DNA of 63,894 bases, filler included, from Acidimicrobiia bacterium (GTDB lineage: Bacteria; Actinomycetota; Acidimicrobiia; Spongiisociales; JAHEDJ01), in assembly GCA_029210695.1 (NCBI GenBank). It is 11 parts of 11 records of this genome, joined end to end, with 100 filler letters (N's around TTAATTAATTAA, not from the genome) between each part and the next. Parts side by side here need not be neighbours in the genome. Positions count along the whole stretch, not along the records: positions 28,424 to 33,523 come from JARGFH010000111.1; positions 33,624 to 38,565 come from JARGFH010000112.1; positions 38,666 to 43,420 come from JARGFH010000113.1; 8 more parts are not named here. One strand, written 5' to 3'. The notes under the pieces are model-generated. The model made no database searches, was not told where the DNA came from, and worked only from the letters and a program-made list of their open reading frames with translations. The stretch's first letter is position 1; each line of letters opens with the position of its first letter. Below, piece after piece: positions 30,853-41,450 of the stretch. A program made the position numbers and the translations under genes.

Positions 30853-32163
30853 ATGAGGAACCGGGTTCGCGACCTTTTCGACCGTGTACGGCAGAGTCTC
30901 TTCTTTATACCCGCGCTGATCGTCGGCGGCTGTGCTGTTCTGGCCCGCACGCTGTTGTGGGTGGACGGCAGTGGATCGCTGGATGGACTTCTGGTTCTGT
31001 CGACCACCGTCGCCAGCGCTCGGGTGATCCTGTCGACCATCGCCGGTGCCACCATCACCGTTGCCGCTATCGTTTTCTCGATAACTGCTCTCACGGTGCA
31101 GCTGGCGGCCAGCCAGTACTCGCCTAGGATCCTCGGGGTTCTGTTCCGGGATTCGTTTCAGCAGATAGTCATCGGGATTACCACGGGCACGTTTGTCTAT
31201 TCGCTGCTTGTCCTGGCCGCGGTACGCCTTCCGTCGGACGGAGCCGAGGAATCCAGCCCGAGCGTCTCCACAACCGCGGGCATTATCCTGGCGGTTCTCG
31301 CCATGCTCCTCATCGTCGGCTTTCTCAACCACGTGCTTCAACGGATCGAGGTCGGCACGCTGATCCGAGGAATCGCGGATGCTACTACCCACGAGGTCCG
31401 ACGGGAACTTCCCGAGCGTCTCGAGGCGAGTCCCGAAACTGCGCTCGCGGCGGACCAACTGTCGGGAGAGCCGTCCCTGCGGGTCAGGGGAACGACGAAG
31501 GGTTGGGTCACCTCCATAGACAACAGACAGCTGCTCGATGCCGTTGACGACGGGGGTGTGCTGCGAGTCGACGTGGAGGTCGGAGATTACGTGCACTCGG
31601 GCACCATGCTGGCCACCGTGTGGACACTTGACCCTCCATCGGGTCTCGAGAGCGCCATCAGGGAGGCGATAGGCACCGGGACGAATCGGAAGATCGAAGG
31701 CGACCCCCGGTTCGGACTGAGGCTGTTGAGCGATATCGCCCTGCGGGCACTCTCGCCGGGTATCAACGACCCGGCGACCGCAGTGGACGTCGTCACTCAT
31801 CTTGGAGAGCCCCTCGGCGAGGTCCTCACCCGCGATCTGCCGCACCGGGTGGTCGGCGACCGCGGGAGCAACCGCCGTCTGTTCCGCCCGGACCGTCCCG
31901 ATCGGGACGACTACATCCGCTCGGCCCTGCAGGGAATCCGCTTGAACGCCGGGGCTCAACCGGAGGTGATTCGGGCGATCATCGATCTCGCTCACGACCT
32001 CGTGTCCCTGCTCCCCGAGGCTCAGGCTGGAAGGGGAGACTCTCTTCGCCGGGAGGTGCATCTCCTCCTCCAGCAGGCCGAGCGTGAACTCCCCGACGAC
32101 GACGTGAAGCTGCTCAGGAGACGCGCCGAGAAGCATGGTTTGGTGCCGGAACCCGGAGACTGA
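30853..32163 (+). CDS. DUF2254 membrane protein
   Basis: QLAASQYSPR, GTFVYSLLVL, DIALRALSPGINDPATA. Confidence 0.9.
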   Translation: MRNRVRDLFDRVRQSLFFIPALIVGGCAVLARTLLWVDGSGSLDGLLVLSTTVASARVILSTIAGATITVAAIVFSITALTVQLAASQYSPRILGVLFRDSFQQIVIGITTGTFVYSLLVLAAVRLPSDGAEESSPSVSTTAGIILAVLAMLLIVGFLNHVLQRIEVGTLIRGIADATTHEVRRELPERLEASPETALAADQLSGEPSLRVRGTTKGWVTSIDNRQLLDAVDDGGVLRVDVEVGDYVHSGTMLATVWTLDPPSGLESAIREAIGTGTNRKIEGDPRFGLRLLSDIALRALSPGINDPATAVDVVTHLGEPLGEVLTRDLPHRVVGDRGSNRRLFRPDRPDRDDYIRSALQGIRLNAGAQPEVIRAIIDLAHDLVSLLPEAQAGRGDSLRREVHLLLQQAERELPDDDVKLLRRRAEKHGLVPEPGD

Positions 32164-32441
32164 CCCTTGACCCCTACCCCGATCCCCGGCCACTCGGATG
32201 ATGCGCTACGGAGCACACGATTCAGTGGCCAAGCGATCACCGGCCGAACCGGCCACCGAGACGACTAAGACGCCACTCCACGAATAGCGCATCCCCGGCA
32301 CGTCGTGCGTGCTGGTGGCAAACCCGCGTCGGACACTGACTGGGGCGGCGGACGGCCCACCCGCCGTCGATCTGGCCGGTTGTGAGCGGGATTTGATTGG
32401 GGTCGAAGCTTCACGGCGTAGGGTTCTGGTTGTCACAAGGA

Positions 32442-33383
32442 ATGGTTGGGATTTTCGTGGATGGTTGGGGTTCTCGCCGGATTGCTGTCGAGTTCGAGTC
32501 TGAAGGTACTGTCCTTCGGGGGTTTCTGTATGAGGCTGTGAAGGGCGACCCGCCGTTTCCGGTGGTGGTGATGACGCACGGAACCTCCGCCACGATACCG
32601 ATGACAACCGACCGGTATGCCGAGGTATTTGCTGAGGCTGGGGTGTCGGCTCTGATCTATGACCATCGGAATCTGGGGATCAGCGGAGGTGAGCCACGCC
32701 AGGAGATCAACCCTTGGGTGCAGTGCCGTGGTTATCGAGACGCCATCACGTTCGCCTCGACCATCGAAGACCATGATCCGAACCGGATCGGAGTCTGGGG
32801 TGACTCGTACTCGGCTGGCGAGGTGTTCTTGGTGGCTGCCTGCGACTCTCGGGTCAGGGTGGTGGTAGCTCAATGCCCCACCTTCGGCGCCCACGCTTCT
32901 CACGTAAACCCAACACTTGAAGCGTTCGAAGCGATCCGTGAGACCTTCGAATCGGGTGACGTTTCCGGTCGCCCGGAGGACACCACTGGTCCGATTCCGG
33001 TTGTGTCGCCCGACCAGTTGGGCACTCCTTCGCTGCTGCAACCGATCCAGGCGTTCCGTTGGTTCGTCGACTACGGCGGCAGGCATGGAAGCGGGTGGCA
33101 GAACCAGGCCACCAGGGTCATCCCATCGGACACCGCCCCTTACAGCCCATCCCTGTGCGCTCCCTTTGTGACGGTCCCGTCTTTGATGATGGTCGCACCG
33201 GCCGACGAAATGGTTGGCGCCAACCCGGAGGTCAGCCGAGAAGCTTTCGATCTCCTGTCGGGTGAGAAGGACTGGTACGACATCGACGGTGGACATTTCG
33301 GTCTCCTCTACCACCCCAGCGACCTGTTCGACGAAGCAAGCACAGTCCAAGCCGCCTACCTCACCAGACACCTTCTCCACTGA
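32442..33383 (+). CDS. Alpha/beta hydrolase (S15/CocE-like)
   Basis: YDHRNLGISGGEPRQ, WGDSYSAG nucleophile, GGHF. Confidence 0.85.
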   Translation: MVGIFVDGWGSRRIAVEFESEGTVLRGFLYEAVKGDPPFPVVVMTHGTSATIPMTTDRYAEVFAEAGVSALIYDHRNLGISGGEPRQEINPWVQCRGYRDAITFASTIEDHDPNRIGVWGDSYSAGEVFLVAACDSRVRVVVAQCPTFGAHASHVNPTLEAFEAIRETFESGDVSGRPEDTTGPIPVVSPDQLGTPSLLQPIQAFRWFVDYGGRHGSGWQNQATRVIPSDTAPYSPSLCAPFVTVPSLMMVAPADEMVGANPEVSREAFDLLSGEKDWYDIDGGHFGLLYHPSDLFDEASTVQAAYLTRHLLH

Positions 33384-33447
33384 TCCCAAACCGCCCATAT
33401 CGTCAGATCAGGCGGCATAACAGCCGGTCTATCAAGTGCTCTGTATC

Positions 33448-33523
33448 GGCACTTCCGCGAGCGGTGCTCGATCTACCGACGCCACCTAGCGCGGTCGCGT
33501 ATCAAGTGTGCCATCAGGTCCTG
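33448..33523. repeat. Multicopy element end, reverse-complement identical to 43521-43596
   Basis: GGCACTTCCGCGAGCGG...GCCATCAGGTCCTG at two contig ends. Confidence 0.85.
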
Positions 33524-33623
33524 NNNNNNNNNNNNNNNNNNNNNNNNNNNNNNNNNNNNNNNNNNNNTTAATTAATTAANNNNNNNNNNNNNNNNNNNNN
33601 NNNNNNNNNNNNNNNNNNNNNNN

Positions 33624-33700
33624 CTCCAGTGTGACCGAAAACGACCCCGAACGCGAGCACCCCCGACCCACAACCACCAACTTTTTCGGCAGCCACCTAG
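33624..33700 (+). mobile_element. IS1182-like right end (second copy 38666-38741), CTAG target
   Basis: Near-identical 76-nt ends finishing CAGCCACCTAG; inverted match to the left end at 52654. Confidence 0.75.
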
Positions 33701-33708
33701 GGGAGGGC

Positions 33709-33757
33709 TTGACGGAAACACATCATTGCGACATCATATGGACATCATGGTAATGTC
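33709..33757 (+). promoter_or_regulatory. Promoter/operator of the ABC exporter operon
   Basis: TTGACG-N17-CATCAT overlapped by three ACATCAT repeats at 11-bp period. Confidence 0.5.
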
Positions 33758-34727
33758 TAACGGGGATTCTGCTGCCACCGACGCGGCAGACTGGACATTT
33801 CGAGCAGAGGACGTCACGAAGACCTACAACGGCGAGGTCTACGCCAACGATGCCATTTCCATCGAGGTGCGTCCCGGTGAGGTCTACGGTTTGCTGGGCC
33901 CGAACGGAGCCGGCAAGACCACGTTTGTGAAACAGATCATCGGTCTTCTCAAGCCGACCTCTGGTCGGATCACCCTCGGACCGTATGACCTCGTCGAAGA
34001 CCCGGACGTCGCCAGGCAACTCTGCTCCTATCTGCCTCAGGCACAGATGCCGATCGAGTCGTTCAAGATGCACGAGGCGGTGCAAATCACGGGGCTCATT
34101 CGTGGTGGTCCTCCCGATGAGGTCAGAGCCCGGGGTGATGCTCTGATCGAAGCACTCGATCTCACCGAGTGGAGAAACACCATGGGTCACAAGCTGTCGG
34201 GCGGCGTCCGCAGGTTGGTCGGCTACATCATGACGACGGTGTGGCCTGGCAAGGTGGTGATCCTCGATGAGCCGACCAACGACGTCGATCCACGCCGACG
34301 CCGGCTGCTGTGGGATCAGATCCGGTTGCTGGGCAGCGAGGGGGCGGCGGTATTCCTCGTTACTCACAATGTGCTCGAAGCTGAGAAGGCCGTCGATCGC
34401 CTGGCCATCATCAACGAAGGAAAGCTCATCGCGCAGGGGACGCCCTCCTCGCTGAAACTGGATGACCGCGGCCGACTCAGGCTGCAGCTGATGCTCGTGC
34501 CCGGCAACGGTGTACCTGAGATGCCGGCGCTCGTCCACGATTCCGCCCGGGTGGGCAACAACCTGATGATGGTCATCGACGAAGGGGATGCAGCAGCAGG
34601 GATCGCCTGGGCGCAGTTGATGATGGTGGAAGGAGTAGCCGAGGAGTACGCGCTCGGTGCAACGACCCTCGAGGACGTCTATATCCGTCTGACCGGGCAC
34701 ACCTCCGCAGAGCCGGACGGCACATGA
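33753..34727 (+). CDS. ABC exporter ATP-binding protein
   Basis: GPNGAGKTT, LSGG, ILDEPT, VTHN. Confidence 0.92.
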   Translation: MSNGDSAATDAADWTFRAEDVTKTYNGEVYANDAISIEVRPGEVYGLLGPNGAGKTTFVKQIIGLLKPTSGRITLGPYDLVEDPDVARQLCSYLPQAQMPIESFKMHEAVQITGLIRGGPPDEVRARGDALIEALDLTEWRNTMGHKLSGGVRRLVGYIMTTVWPGKVVILDEPTNDVDPRRRRLLWDQIRLLGSEGAAVFLVTHNVLEAEKAVDRLAIINEGKLIAQGTPSSLKLDDRGRLRLQLMLVPGNGVPEMPALVHDSARVGNNLMMVIDEGDAAAGIAWAQLMMVEGVAEEYALGATTLEDVYIRLTGHTSAEPDGT

Positions 34728-35515
34728 CGGCGACCGCGCTCCCGGTGCACGTGCTCCCGGTCAAGCGGTCCGGACCAGTCCATTGGCTTCGCAGCTACCG
34801 GGCCATGCTGCGCTGGCAACTCACCGACATGCGACTGCTGCTTCCGCTCACCGTCATGGTGCAGCTCTTGTCCGGAGTCGGGCTGGTGCTCGGATTTGGC
34901 TTGCTCATCGCCGACATGACGGAGTCCGTCGCCCTGTACCTCTCGACCGGGGCAGTGGTCGTCACCCTGGGCATTGTCGGGGTCATCATGGGCCCGCAAT
35001 TGATCGCCCAGCAGAAGAGCTCCGGTTCGTACGATTTCATGTGGTCGCTGCCGGTGCCCCGCAGTTCGGCGTCCGCAGCCTGGGTTACGCTCAACGTGTT
35101 CATTGCCCTGCCGGCCATGCTCGGCGCGCTGGGCGCGGCGATTTGGCGGTATGACGTGACATTCGACGTGTCATTCATGGTCTTGCCTGCCGTCGGGCTC
35201 ACTTTGTTGACCGGCACACTGATCGGGTATGCGCTTGCCCACGCGGTTCCCAAGCCCGACATCACGCAGCTGATTTCGCAGCTCTTGATCTTCGTCATAT
35301 TCGGTTTCTCGCCGATCAGCTATCCGATTGAGAACCTGCCCGCCTGGCTGGCGACTGTGAATGAGTACCTGCCGTTCTATCCGATGGCCAACGTCGTGCG
35401 GGATTCGCTGACCAACGGCATTGTGATCGAGGTGGGGCGTTCCTATATGGTCCTCGGGGTTTGGGCTGTGGGTGCGGCCGTGGTTGCCGGCTGGGTGTTG
35501 AGGAGGCGGAAGTGA
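34724..35515 (+). CDS. ABC-2 permease
   Basis: 6 TM helices; YPIENLPAWL...LP. Confidence 0.88.
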   Translation: MTATALPVHVLPVKRSGPVHWLRSYRAMLRWQLTDMRLLLPLTVMVQLLSGVGLVLGFGLLIADMTESVALYLSTGAVVVTLGIVGVIMGPQLIAQQKSSGSYDFMWSLPVPRSSASAAWVTLNVFIALPAMLGALGAAIWRYDVTFDVSFMVLPAVGLTLLTGTLIGYALAHAVPKPDITQLISQLLIFVIFGFSPISYPIENLPAWLATVNEYLPFYPMANVVRDSLTNGIVIEVGRSYMVLGVWAVGAAVVAGWVLRRRK

Positions 35516-36291
35516 ACACTGCCACGCTCACCCCCGTCGTCCGGTCCGGGTCTTCGTACTGGCTCAGCAGCTACCGGTCGATGCTGCGCTTCGAGCTGAT
35601 CAACATGCGGACGTTCCTGGCGTTCGCTCTGGTCATCCAGATTCTCACCGGAGCGGGGATGGCATACCTCTATGGCTTCTACATGGGAGAGATGCCTGCG
35701 ACCGCACGGATGTTCATCGTGACCGGGATTCCGGCACTGGCGCTGGTGCCGATCGGCCTCGTCATGGTTCCCGCCTCGATAATGATGCACAAGATCCGCG
35801 ACACCTACGACTTCGTTTGGTCGCTTCCCGTTCCGCGCATGACATCGGCGGCAGCCACCTTCACGGTGTTCACCGCGCTGGCGATTCCCGGCACGGCGAT
35901 TGCCTTGATCGTTGCCGATCTCTACTACGACGTCACCCTGATCTGGTCCTGGCTGCTGATTCCGGCGGTGTTGCTGACCTCACTGATGGCGACCTCGGTC
36001 GGTTTTGCGATGGCACACGCCATCCCCGAGCCTCGCTTCACCAACCTGCTCACCAACATCGTCATGTTCATGGCCATGCTGTTCGCACCGATCGTGGTGC
36101 CGATCGCTCAGTTCCCGGAGTGGTGGGCCTCGGTGCACCGGGTGTTGCCGTTCTATCACATGGCCCAGGTCATCCGTGCCTCCTTGTCGAACGGTCTCGT
36201 GGAGTCGGTTGGCACATCGTGGGCCGTCCTGACGGCCTGGACGATCGGGGCTTGGCTACTCGCCGGATGGGTGGTCGGTCGTCGCAAGTAG
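35512..36291 (+). CDS. ABC-2 permease (paralog)
   Basis: GTG overlaps the previous stop; YDFVWSLPVPR, QFPEWW..VLPFYH. Confidence 0.88.
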   Translation: MNTATLTPVVRSGSSYWLSSYRSMLRFELINMRTFLAFALVIQILTGAGMAYLYGFYMGEMPATARMFIVTGIPALALVPIGLVMVPASIMMHKIRDTYDFVWSLPVPRMTSAAATFTVFTALAIPGTAIALIVADLYYDVTLIWSWLLIPAVLLTSLMATSVGFAMAHAIPEPRFTNLLTNIVMFMAMLFAPIVVPIAQFPEWWASVHRVLPFYHMAQVIRASLSNGLVESVGTSWAVLTAWTIGAWLLAGWVVGRRK

Positions 36292-36362
36292 GCGCTTGGG
36301 CGAAACCATCGATGACGGCCCTCGGTTAGTGTCGTGACGTCGCAGGCTCGGAGGTCAACGCG

Positions 36363-38495
36363 ATGGATCGAATCGCCCGGATAATCGTCGAGCATTCCAG
36401 GCGCGTCCTGGCCGTCACCGGCCTGGTGACGCTGCTGTCGCTTCTGATGCTGTTCCGGATGGACTTCAACGCAGACGTCTCCTCGTTCATCATCGATGGC
36501 AGCGCGGTCGGCAGGGACTTCGCCGATCTACAGGACAAGTACGCCACCTCCGATCCCATCAACGTCGTCATCTCCTTGCCGGCCGGGCAGTCGTTCACGG
36601 AGAAGGCATCGTTGCTGTCCTTGCTAGAGATTCGCAGTGAACTCGCCGTGATGCCTGGTGTCACTTCGGTAGCCTCGCTGATCCCCGATGTGAATCCCCT
36701 CACCGGCACGCCGGTGACAGCCGCGATGCTGAATCTCGCACCGGATGAACAGCTCGCCGGTCTGCTCGACACCAATCCGCTGGCCGAACTGTTTGTCAGC
36801 GAGGACGGCCGGCACTCGATGTTGATGGTTGTGCCCGACGACGACGGCATGGCCCTGGCGCTCGACCTCTCCGACTACGAACCACCCGCCGGCATCGACC
36901 TCGTCCTATCCGGCAACCCGGTCATCTTCGCCAAAGTGATCGACATCCTCTCCTTCTTCTTGCTCGTGATTCCACCAATTGTGATGGTGTTGCTCATCGG
37001 CACCTTCTACGCCACGATCGGGGATCGACGCTTGAGTGTGCTGGCGCTCGTGCCGGCTCTGCTTGGCGCTGTGTGGACCTTCGGATTCATCTTTGCACTC
37101 GGTCGCCAGATCGACGTGGTGACTGTGATCGTTCCCATCTTCGTCATCGTCATGGGCTCTGCGGACGGCCTGCATTTCGTGACCCACTTCCAGGAGGTCG
37201 CCGAGCGATCAACCGATCCCGTGGAGCGAGTTCGGTCTGCATTACGACACGTGGGAGTTCCGATGATCCTCACGACGGTTTCAACCGCGGCCGGGTTCAT
37301 GTCTCTGACCTTCACCGACGTTCGCCCGATTCGTCAGATGGGGCTGTTCGCTGCCACCGGAATCGTGTTCGCCGGGATCATCTCATTCTTCTCGCTCCCG
37401 GCGCTGTTGAGCCGCCTCAGCATCGACGCCAAACACCACACCGCCATCCTCGGCCCAAAGGTAACTACAGCCCTGAAGAGGCTCGTTGCTACCAGAATCC
37501 CTGCCCTCGTGTTGACCGTCGGCCTCGTTGCCTTTGCGGTTCTGACCATCCCTCGACTGACCGTCGACGCGGATCAGCTTTTTTTCTTCAAAGACAACGA
37601 TCCGGTGCGGGAGGCGTTTGACAGAACCGAGGAACTCTTCGGAGGAGCAACGCCACTGACCGGCGAATTCGTGTTCGACCCGGCAGGTGGTGCCGGGCAG
37701 CTCGGCGAGGTTCTGGCGGTGTCGCGACAGATGGAGGCTTTGCCCGGTGTGCGGACCGTGTTCTCGCTGGCAGACATGGCAGCAGCATTGCCGATCGAAC
37801 AGGTGGAAGCGGTCTTGAGTGGGGAGATAGAACTCCCGCTCGGAAGCATGGTATCTGCAGATGGACTCAGGTTCATGTTGCTGCCGTCGGGATTCAGCAA
37901 TGAGGATCTTCAGGGCTGGCTCGACTTCGTGGACGAGAATGATGAAGTGCGCGTGCTGACCGGAATGCCGATCATCTGGGATGAGATCGCCCGGTTGGTC
38001 CTGACGGCCCAGGTGGTGTCGCTCGTTGTCGCCTTCGCGCTCGTGTTCGTGATGTTGATGATCGCCTACCGCCGTCTCAGAGAGACGCTGGTCTCGCTGG
38101 TCCCCGTGACGCTGACCATTGCCACCCTGCTCGGCTTTGTTGCGATATCCGGGATTCAGCTCAACCTGTTGACGGCGATCATCTCGAGCATCGTCCTCGG
38201 GGTTGGCATCGACTACTCGATCCACTTCGTGGCAGCCATCGACAACGCCAGAGGGGAGGGCGATGGCTACGTGCTGCGGGCCATCGACCGCGCCGGGCGC
38301 CCGATCGTCGCCAACGCTCTCGGCATTGCGATTGCGTTGAGTGCGCTGTGGCTATCGCCGCTGGCCATTCATCCCCAGGTATCGATGATCATGTGGGTTT
38401 CGATGGTGACGGCCGCCCTGTCGGCTCTGCTCATAATCCCGGCCCTGCTACCCCGCGCCGGGGTCCGGCCGGTAAACGGCATCGATCCGGGCTAG
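36363..38495 (+). CDS. MMPL/RND-superfamily transporter
   Basis: Two repeats with GSADGLHF and GVGIDYSIHF; TAAGF. Confidence 0.88.
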   Translation: MDRIARIIVEHSRRVLAVTGLVTLLSLLMLFRMDFNADVSSFIIDGSAVGRDFADLQDKYATSDPINVVISLPAGQSFTEKASLLSLLEIRSELAVMPGVTSVASLIPDVNPLTGTPVTAAMLNLAPDEQLAGLLDTNPLAELFVSEDGRHSMLMVVPDDDGMALALDLSDYEPPAGIDLVLSGNPVIFAKVIDILSFFLLVIPPIVMVLLIGTFYATIGDRRLSVLALVPALLGAVWTFGFIFALGRQIDVVTVIVPIFVIVMGSADGLHFVTHFQEVAERSTDPVERVRSALRHVGVPMILTTVSTAAGFMSLTFTDVRPIRQMGLFAATGIVFAGIISFFSLPALLSRLSIDAKHHTAILGPKVTTALKRLVATRIPALVLTVGLVAFAVLTIPRLTVDADQLFFFKDNDPVREAFDRTEELFGGATPLTGEFVFDPAGGAGQLGEVLAVSRQMEALPGVRTVFSLADMAAALPIEQVEAVLSGEIELPLGSMVSADGLRFMLLPSGFSNEDLQGWLDFVDENDEVRVLTGMPIIWDEIARLVLTAQVVSLVVAFALVFVMLMIAYRRLRETLVSLVPVTLTIATLLGFVAISGIQLNLLTAIISSIVLGVGIDYSIHFVAAIDNARGEGDGYVLRAIDRAGRPIVANALGIAIALSALWLSPLAIHPQVSMIMWVSMVTAALSALLIIPALLPRAGVRPVNGIDPG

Positions 38496-38565
38496 ACACC
38501 CCAGGGTTGTATCTTGTCAAGCGGCGGCTTTGTCTCGTGTTGTCTGGCGGTGGGCCCAGGCGGTG
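38492..38565 (-). mobile_element. IS110-like right end
   Basis: Reverse complement GCTTGACAAGATACAACCCTGGGGTGTCTAG with terminal -35 hexamer at the contig edge. Confidence 0.45.
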
Positions 38566-38760
38566 NNNNNNNNNNNNNNNNNNNNNNNNNNNNNNNNNNN
38601 NNNNNNNNNTTAATTAATTAANNNNNNNNNNNNNNNNNNNNNNNNNNNNNNNNNNNNNNNNNNNNTCCAGTGTGACCGAAAACGACCTCGAACGCGAGCA
38701 CCCCCGACCCACAACCACCAACTTTTTCGGCAGCCACCTAGCTGTGCGAGAGGAGGTGAC

Positions 38761-39246
38761 ATGCAGAGACTTCACAAAGACGACGACGGGTTCACCCTGG
38801 TCGAGTTGATGGTTGTGGTGCTCATTATTTCCATTCTCATCGCCATTGCCGTTCCTACCTTCATGGGTGCCAGGACGAGATCCCAGAATCGTGCCGTTCA
38901 GAGCGATCTTCGGAACGCCCTCACGGCAGCCAAGGTCTATTACGCGGACAAGACAACCCAGGACTACGGGTTTGCGATCGCGGATCTGGCCGCCGTCCAC
39001 GCCAACCTCGCCTTCGTTGCCGGTAATGCACCGGCGCTCAAGGAAGTCGGGTTCATCGCGCTGGCCAACACCGATGGGTTCGTCGACCAGGCGGTGGTAT
39101 TCATCAGCCAGAGTGCATCGGGATCATGGTTCTGCCTTGTGGACGAAGCCAGCGGGAGCAGAGCCGGCACTTACTATGGCATGGTTGATGCACCAGGTAA
39201 TGGTGCCGACCTCGACTCACTGGTCGAGTGTGCCGGTGGTTGGTAG
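38761..39246 (+). CDS. pilA: Type IV pilin
   Basis: G/FTLVELMVVVLIISILIAIAVP class III signal peptide; C-terminal Cys pair. Confidence 0.9.
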   Translation: MQRLHKDDDGFTLVELMVVVLIISILIAIAVPTFMGARTRSQNRAVQSDLRNALTAAKVYYADKTTQDYGFAIADLAAVHANLAFVAGNAPALKEVGFIALANTDGFVDQAVVFISQSASGSWFCLVDEASGSRAGTYYGMVDAPGNGADLDSLVECAGGW

Positions 39247-39339
39247 CTCCGCTCGACGTAACGGGATTGCGGGCCCTGCGGGGTCCGCAACCGCGATGAC
39301 CCTGTGCTTTAGGCTGTCGATCGTCAGGAGTGTTGCGAG

Positions 39340-40113
39340 ATGACTGGGTTGGCTGCCGGCTTCGCCGGTGTTTTTGGGCTTGTGTTCGGCTCTTTTCTCA
39401 ACGTGGTTGCCTACCGGGTGCCGCTCGGGCGCTCGGTGGTGAATCCGCCGTCCGCTTGCCCGGCGTGCGGGGCTCCCGTTCGCCCGCGTGACAACATCCC
39501 GGTGGTCTCCTGGTTATTGCTCGGCGGCAAGTGCCGGGACTGTGCTGCTCCGATTTCCTCGCGCTATCCGATCGTTGAGGTCCTCACCGGCGCTTTGTTC
39601 GCGGCAACGGTCTTCGTGACCGACATCAACTGGGTGTTGCCTGCCTACTTGTGGTTCACGGCGGTGACGCTGGTGTTGATCCTCACCGATCTAGATCACA
39701 AACGCATTCCGAATCGAATCCTCTACCCGGGGACGGTGGTTGGTGTACTGCTGCTCGCGATTGGGGCGGTCCTTGATAGTCAGCTCAGTCAGTTCGGCCG
39801 GGGCGCATTGGGGGGCTTGTTGTACTTCGCAGGGTTGTTCTTGCTCGCCCTGATCGCCCGCGGTGGCTTCGGGTTCGGCGACGTCAAGCTCGCCTTCCTG
39901 CTGGGACTGTTCATGGCCTTCCGCGGGTGGGAGCATCTCGTGGTGGGAATCTTCCTTGCCTTCTTCATCGGTGGTCTGATCTCGATCGCGCTCCTCGTGA
40001 GCCGGCGGCGGGGGAGAAAGGACGCCATCCCGTTCGGCCCGAGCCTCGTACTGGGAGCATGGATCGGCATCGTCTACGGCCTCCCGATCGCTGATTGGTA
40101 TCTGGGTATTTAG
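39340..40113 (+). CDS. pilD: Prepilin peptidase
   Basis: GSFLNVV, CPAC/CRDC, DLDHKRIP, GFGDVKL, IPFGP. Confidence 0.95.
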   Translation: MTGLAAGFAGVFGLVFGSFLNVVAYRVPLGRSVVNPPSACPACGAPVRPRDNIPVVSWLLLGGKCRDCAAPISSRYPIVEVLTGALFAATVFVTDINWVLPAYLWFTAVTLVLILTDLDHKRIPNRILYPGTVVGVLLLAIGAVLDSQLSQFGRGALGGLLYFAGLFLLALIARGGFGFGDVKLAFLLGLFMAFRGWEHLVVGIFLAFFIGGLISIALLVSRRRGRKDAIPFGPSLVLGAWIGIVYGLPIADWYLGI

Positions 40114-40379
40114 CCGATTCAGTTCGATGTGTGAAGCTCTTTTCGAACTCTCGGTTCTAGGTTCTGGGTTCTAGGTTCTGGGTGCGTCAGGCGTCGTCGG
40201 CGTCGGGGGGATCGAACCTTCAAATCTGAACCCGGTACCACCTTGCGTCCAGGCCCGATCTTCCTCCCGGATGCACTTGCCTTGGTTACACTTGTGTAGT
40301 TACATGTTCGTAATCAACGCGGTGCGCGCTGCACCGCGAGAGGCGCAACATCTATGCGGTCGCCTGGAGCGGAGAACTG

Positions 40380-41450
40380 ATGGCGGTCAATGTGGGGTTA
40401 GACATCGGCACGACTGCTGTGCGTGCTGCGGTAGTCAACGCCGGGAAAGGCACCCCGACACTCCAACGATACGGTGAAGTGGCGCTGCCGCCGGGCGCCG
40501 TCATCGGGGGCGAGATCGTCGATGAAGACCTGGTGCGCGGCGCTCTCACCCGACTCTGGAAAACGGCCAAGCTGCCCAAGAAGCGCGTGGTTCTCGGAAT
40601 CGCCAATCAGAGGGTGATCGTCCGCCGGGTCGATCTCCCGTATATGGCGGAAGATGAACTGGCTGAGTCGCTCGCCTTTCAGGCACAGGAGTACATTCCC
40701 ATCCCGATCGAGGACGCCATCCTCGACTTCATTCCGCTCGAGGAGTTCACGACACCGGACGGCGAACCCATGTTGTCGGTTCTTGTGGTAGCTGCTCAAA
40801 AACAGATGGCAACGGATGTGCTTCGCGTGGTCCAGGGTATTGGCATCAAGCCCATGGCCGTCGACCTCCAGGCTTTCGCGCTCGTGCGAGTCCTCTTTGG
40901 TGGTGATTTGAATCTCGATACTGCACCCCAGGCGATCATTAATATCGGGGCCGGTCTTACGCAGGTGGTCATCGTCAAGGGCGGAACCGTCCGCTTTCTC
41001 CGGATCGTCTCATTGGCAGGTGAGGACTTCTCGAGAGCGCTCGTCGACGGCATGGGGATGGATGCAGTTCAGGCTGAGCAGACCAAACGCCGGGTCGGCG
41101 TTGCCATCGAAGGAACCCCGGTCGGCAGCGAGGGCGATGACAAGGCCCGTGTTCTGCTCACCAGGCAGGCCGATGCGTTGATCGACGAGATCCGGGGTTC
41201 GGTCGACTACTACTTGTCGCAGGCCACCGACGGCGGAATCCAACGCATGTACGTTGCCGGCAACGGGGCGAGGCTGCCGCACCTGGCCAACCGCCTGGGG
41301 CGCTCCCTCAACATCGAGGTGGCGCCTATCCGGATGCTGGATGGGGACCGGCTGAGCATCGGAAAAGTGGGGCTCTCGGAAGCTGAACTGGCACAGGCAC
41401 AGCCTGTTTTGCCGGTGCCGGTCGGCCTGGCCCTCTGGGGTGAAACCTAA
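40380..41450 (+). CDS. pilM: Type IV pilus assembly protein PilM
   Basis: VGLDIG, QAQEYIPIP, INIGAG, GNGARL actin-like motifs. Confidence 0.93.
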   Translation: MAVNVGLDIGTTAVRAAVVNAGKGTPTLQRYGEVALPPGAVIGGEIVDEDLVRGALTRLWKTAKLPKKRVVLGIANQRVIVRRVDLPYMAEDELAESLAFQAQEYIPIPIEDAILDFIPLEEFTTPDGEPMLSVLVVAAQKQMATDVLRVVQGIGIKPMAVDLQAFALVRVLFGGDLNLDTAPQAIINIGAGLTQVVIVKGGTVRFLRIVSLAGEDFSRALVDGMGMDAVQAEQTKRRVGVAIEGTPVGSEGDDKARVLLTRQADALIDEIRGSVDYYLSQATDGGIQRMYVAGNGARLPHLANRLGRSLNIEVAPIRMLDGDRLSIGKVGLSEAELAQAQPVLPVPVGLALWGET

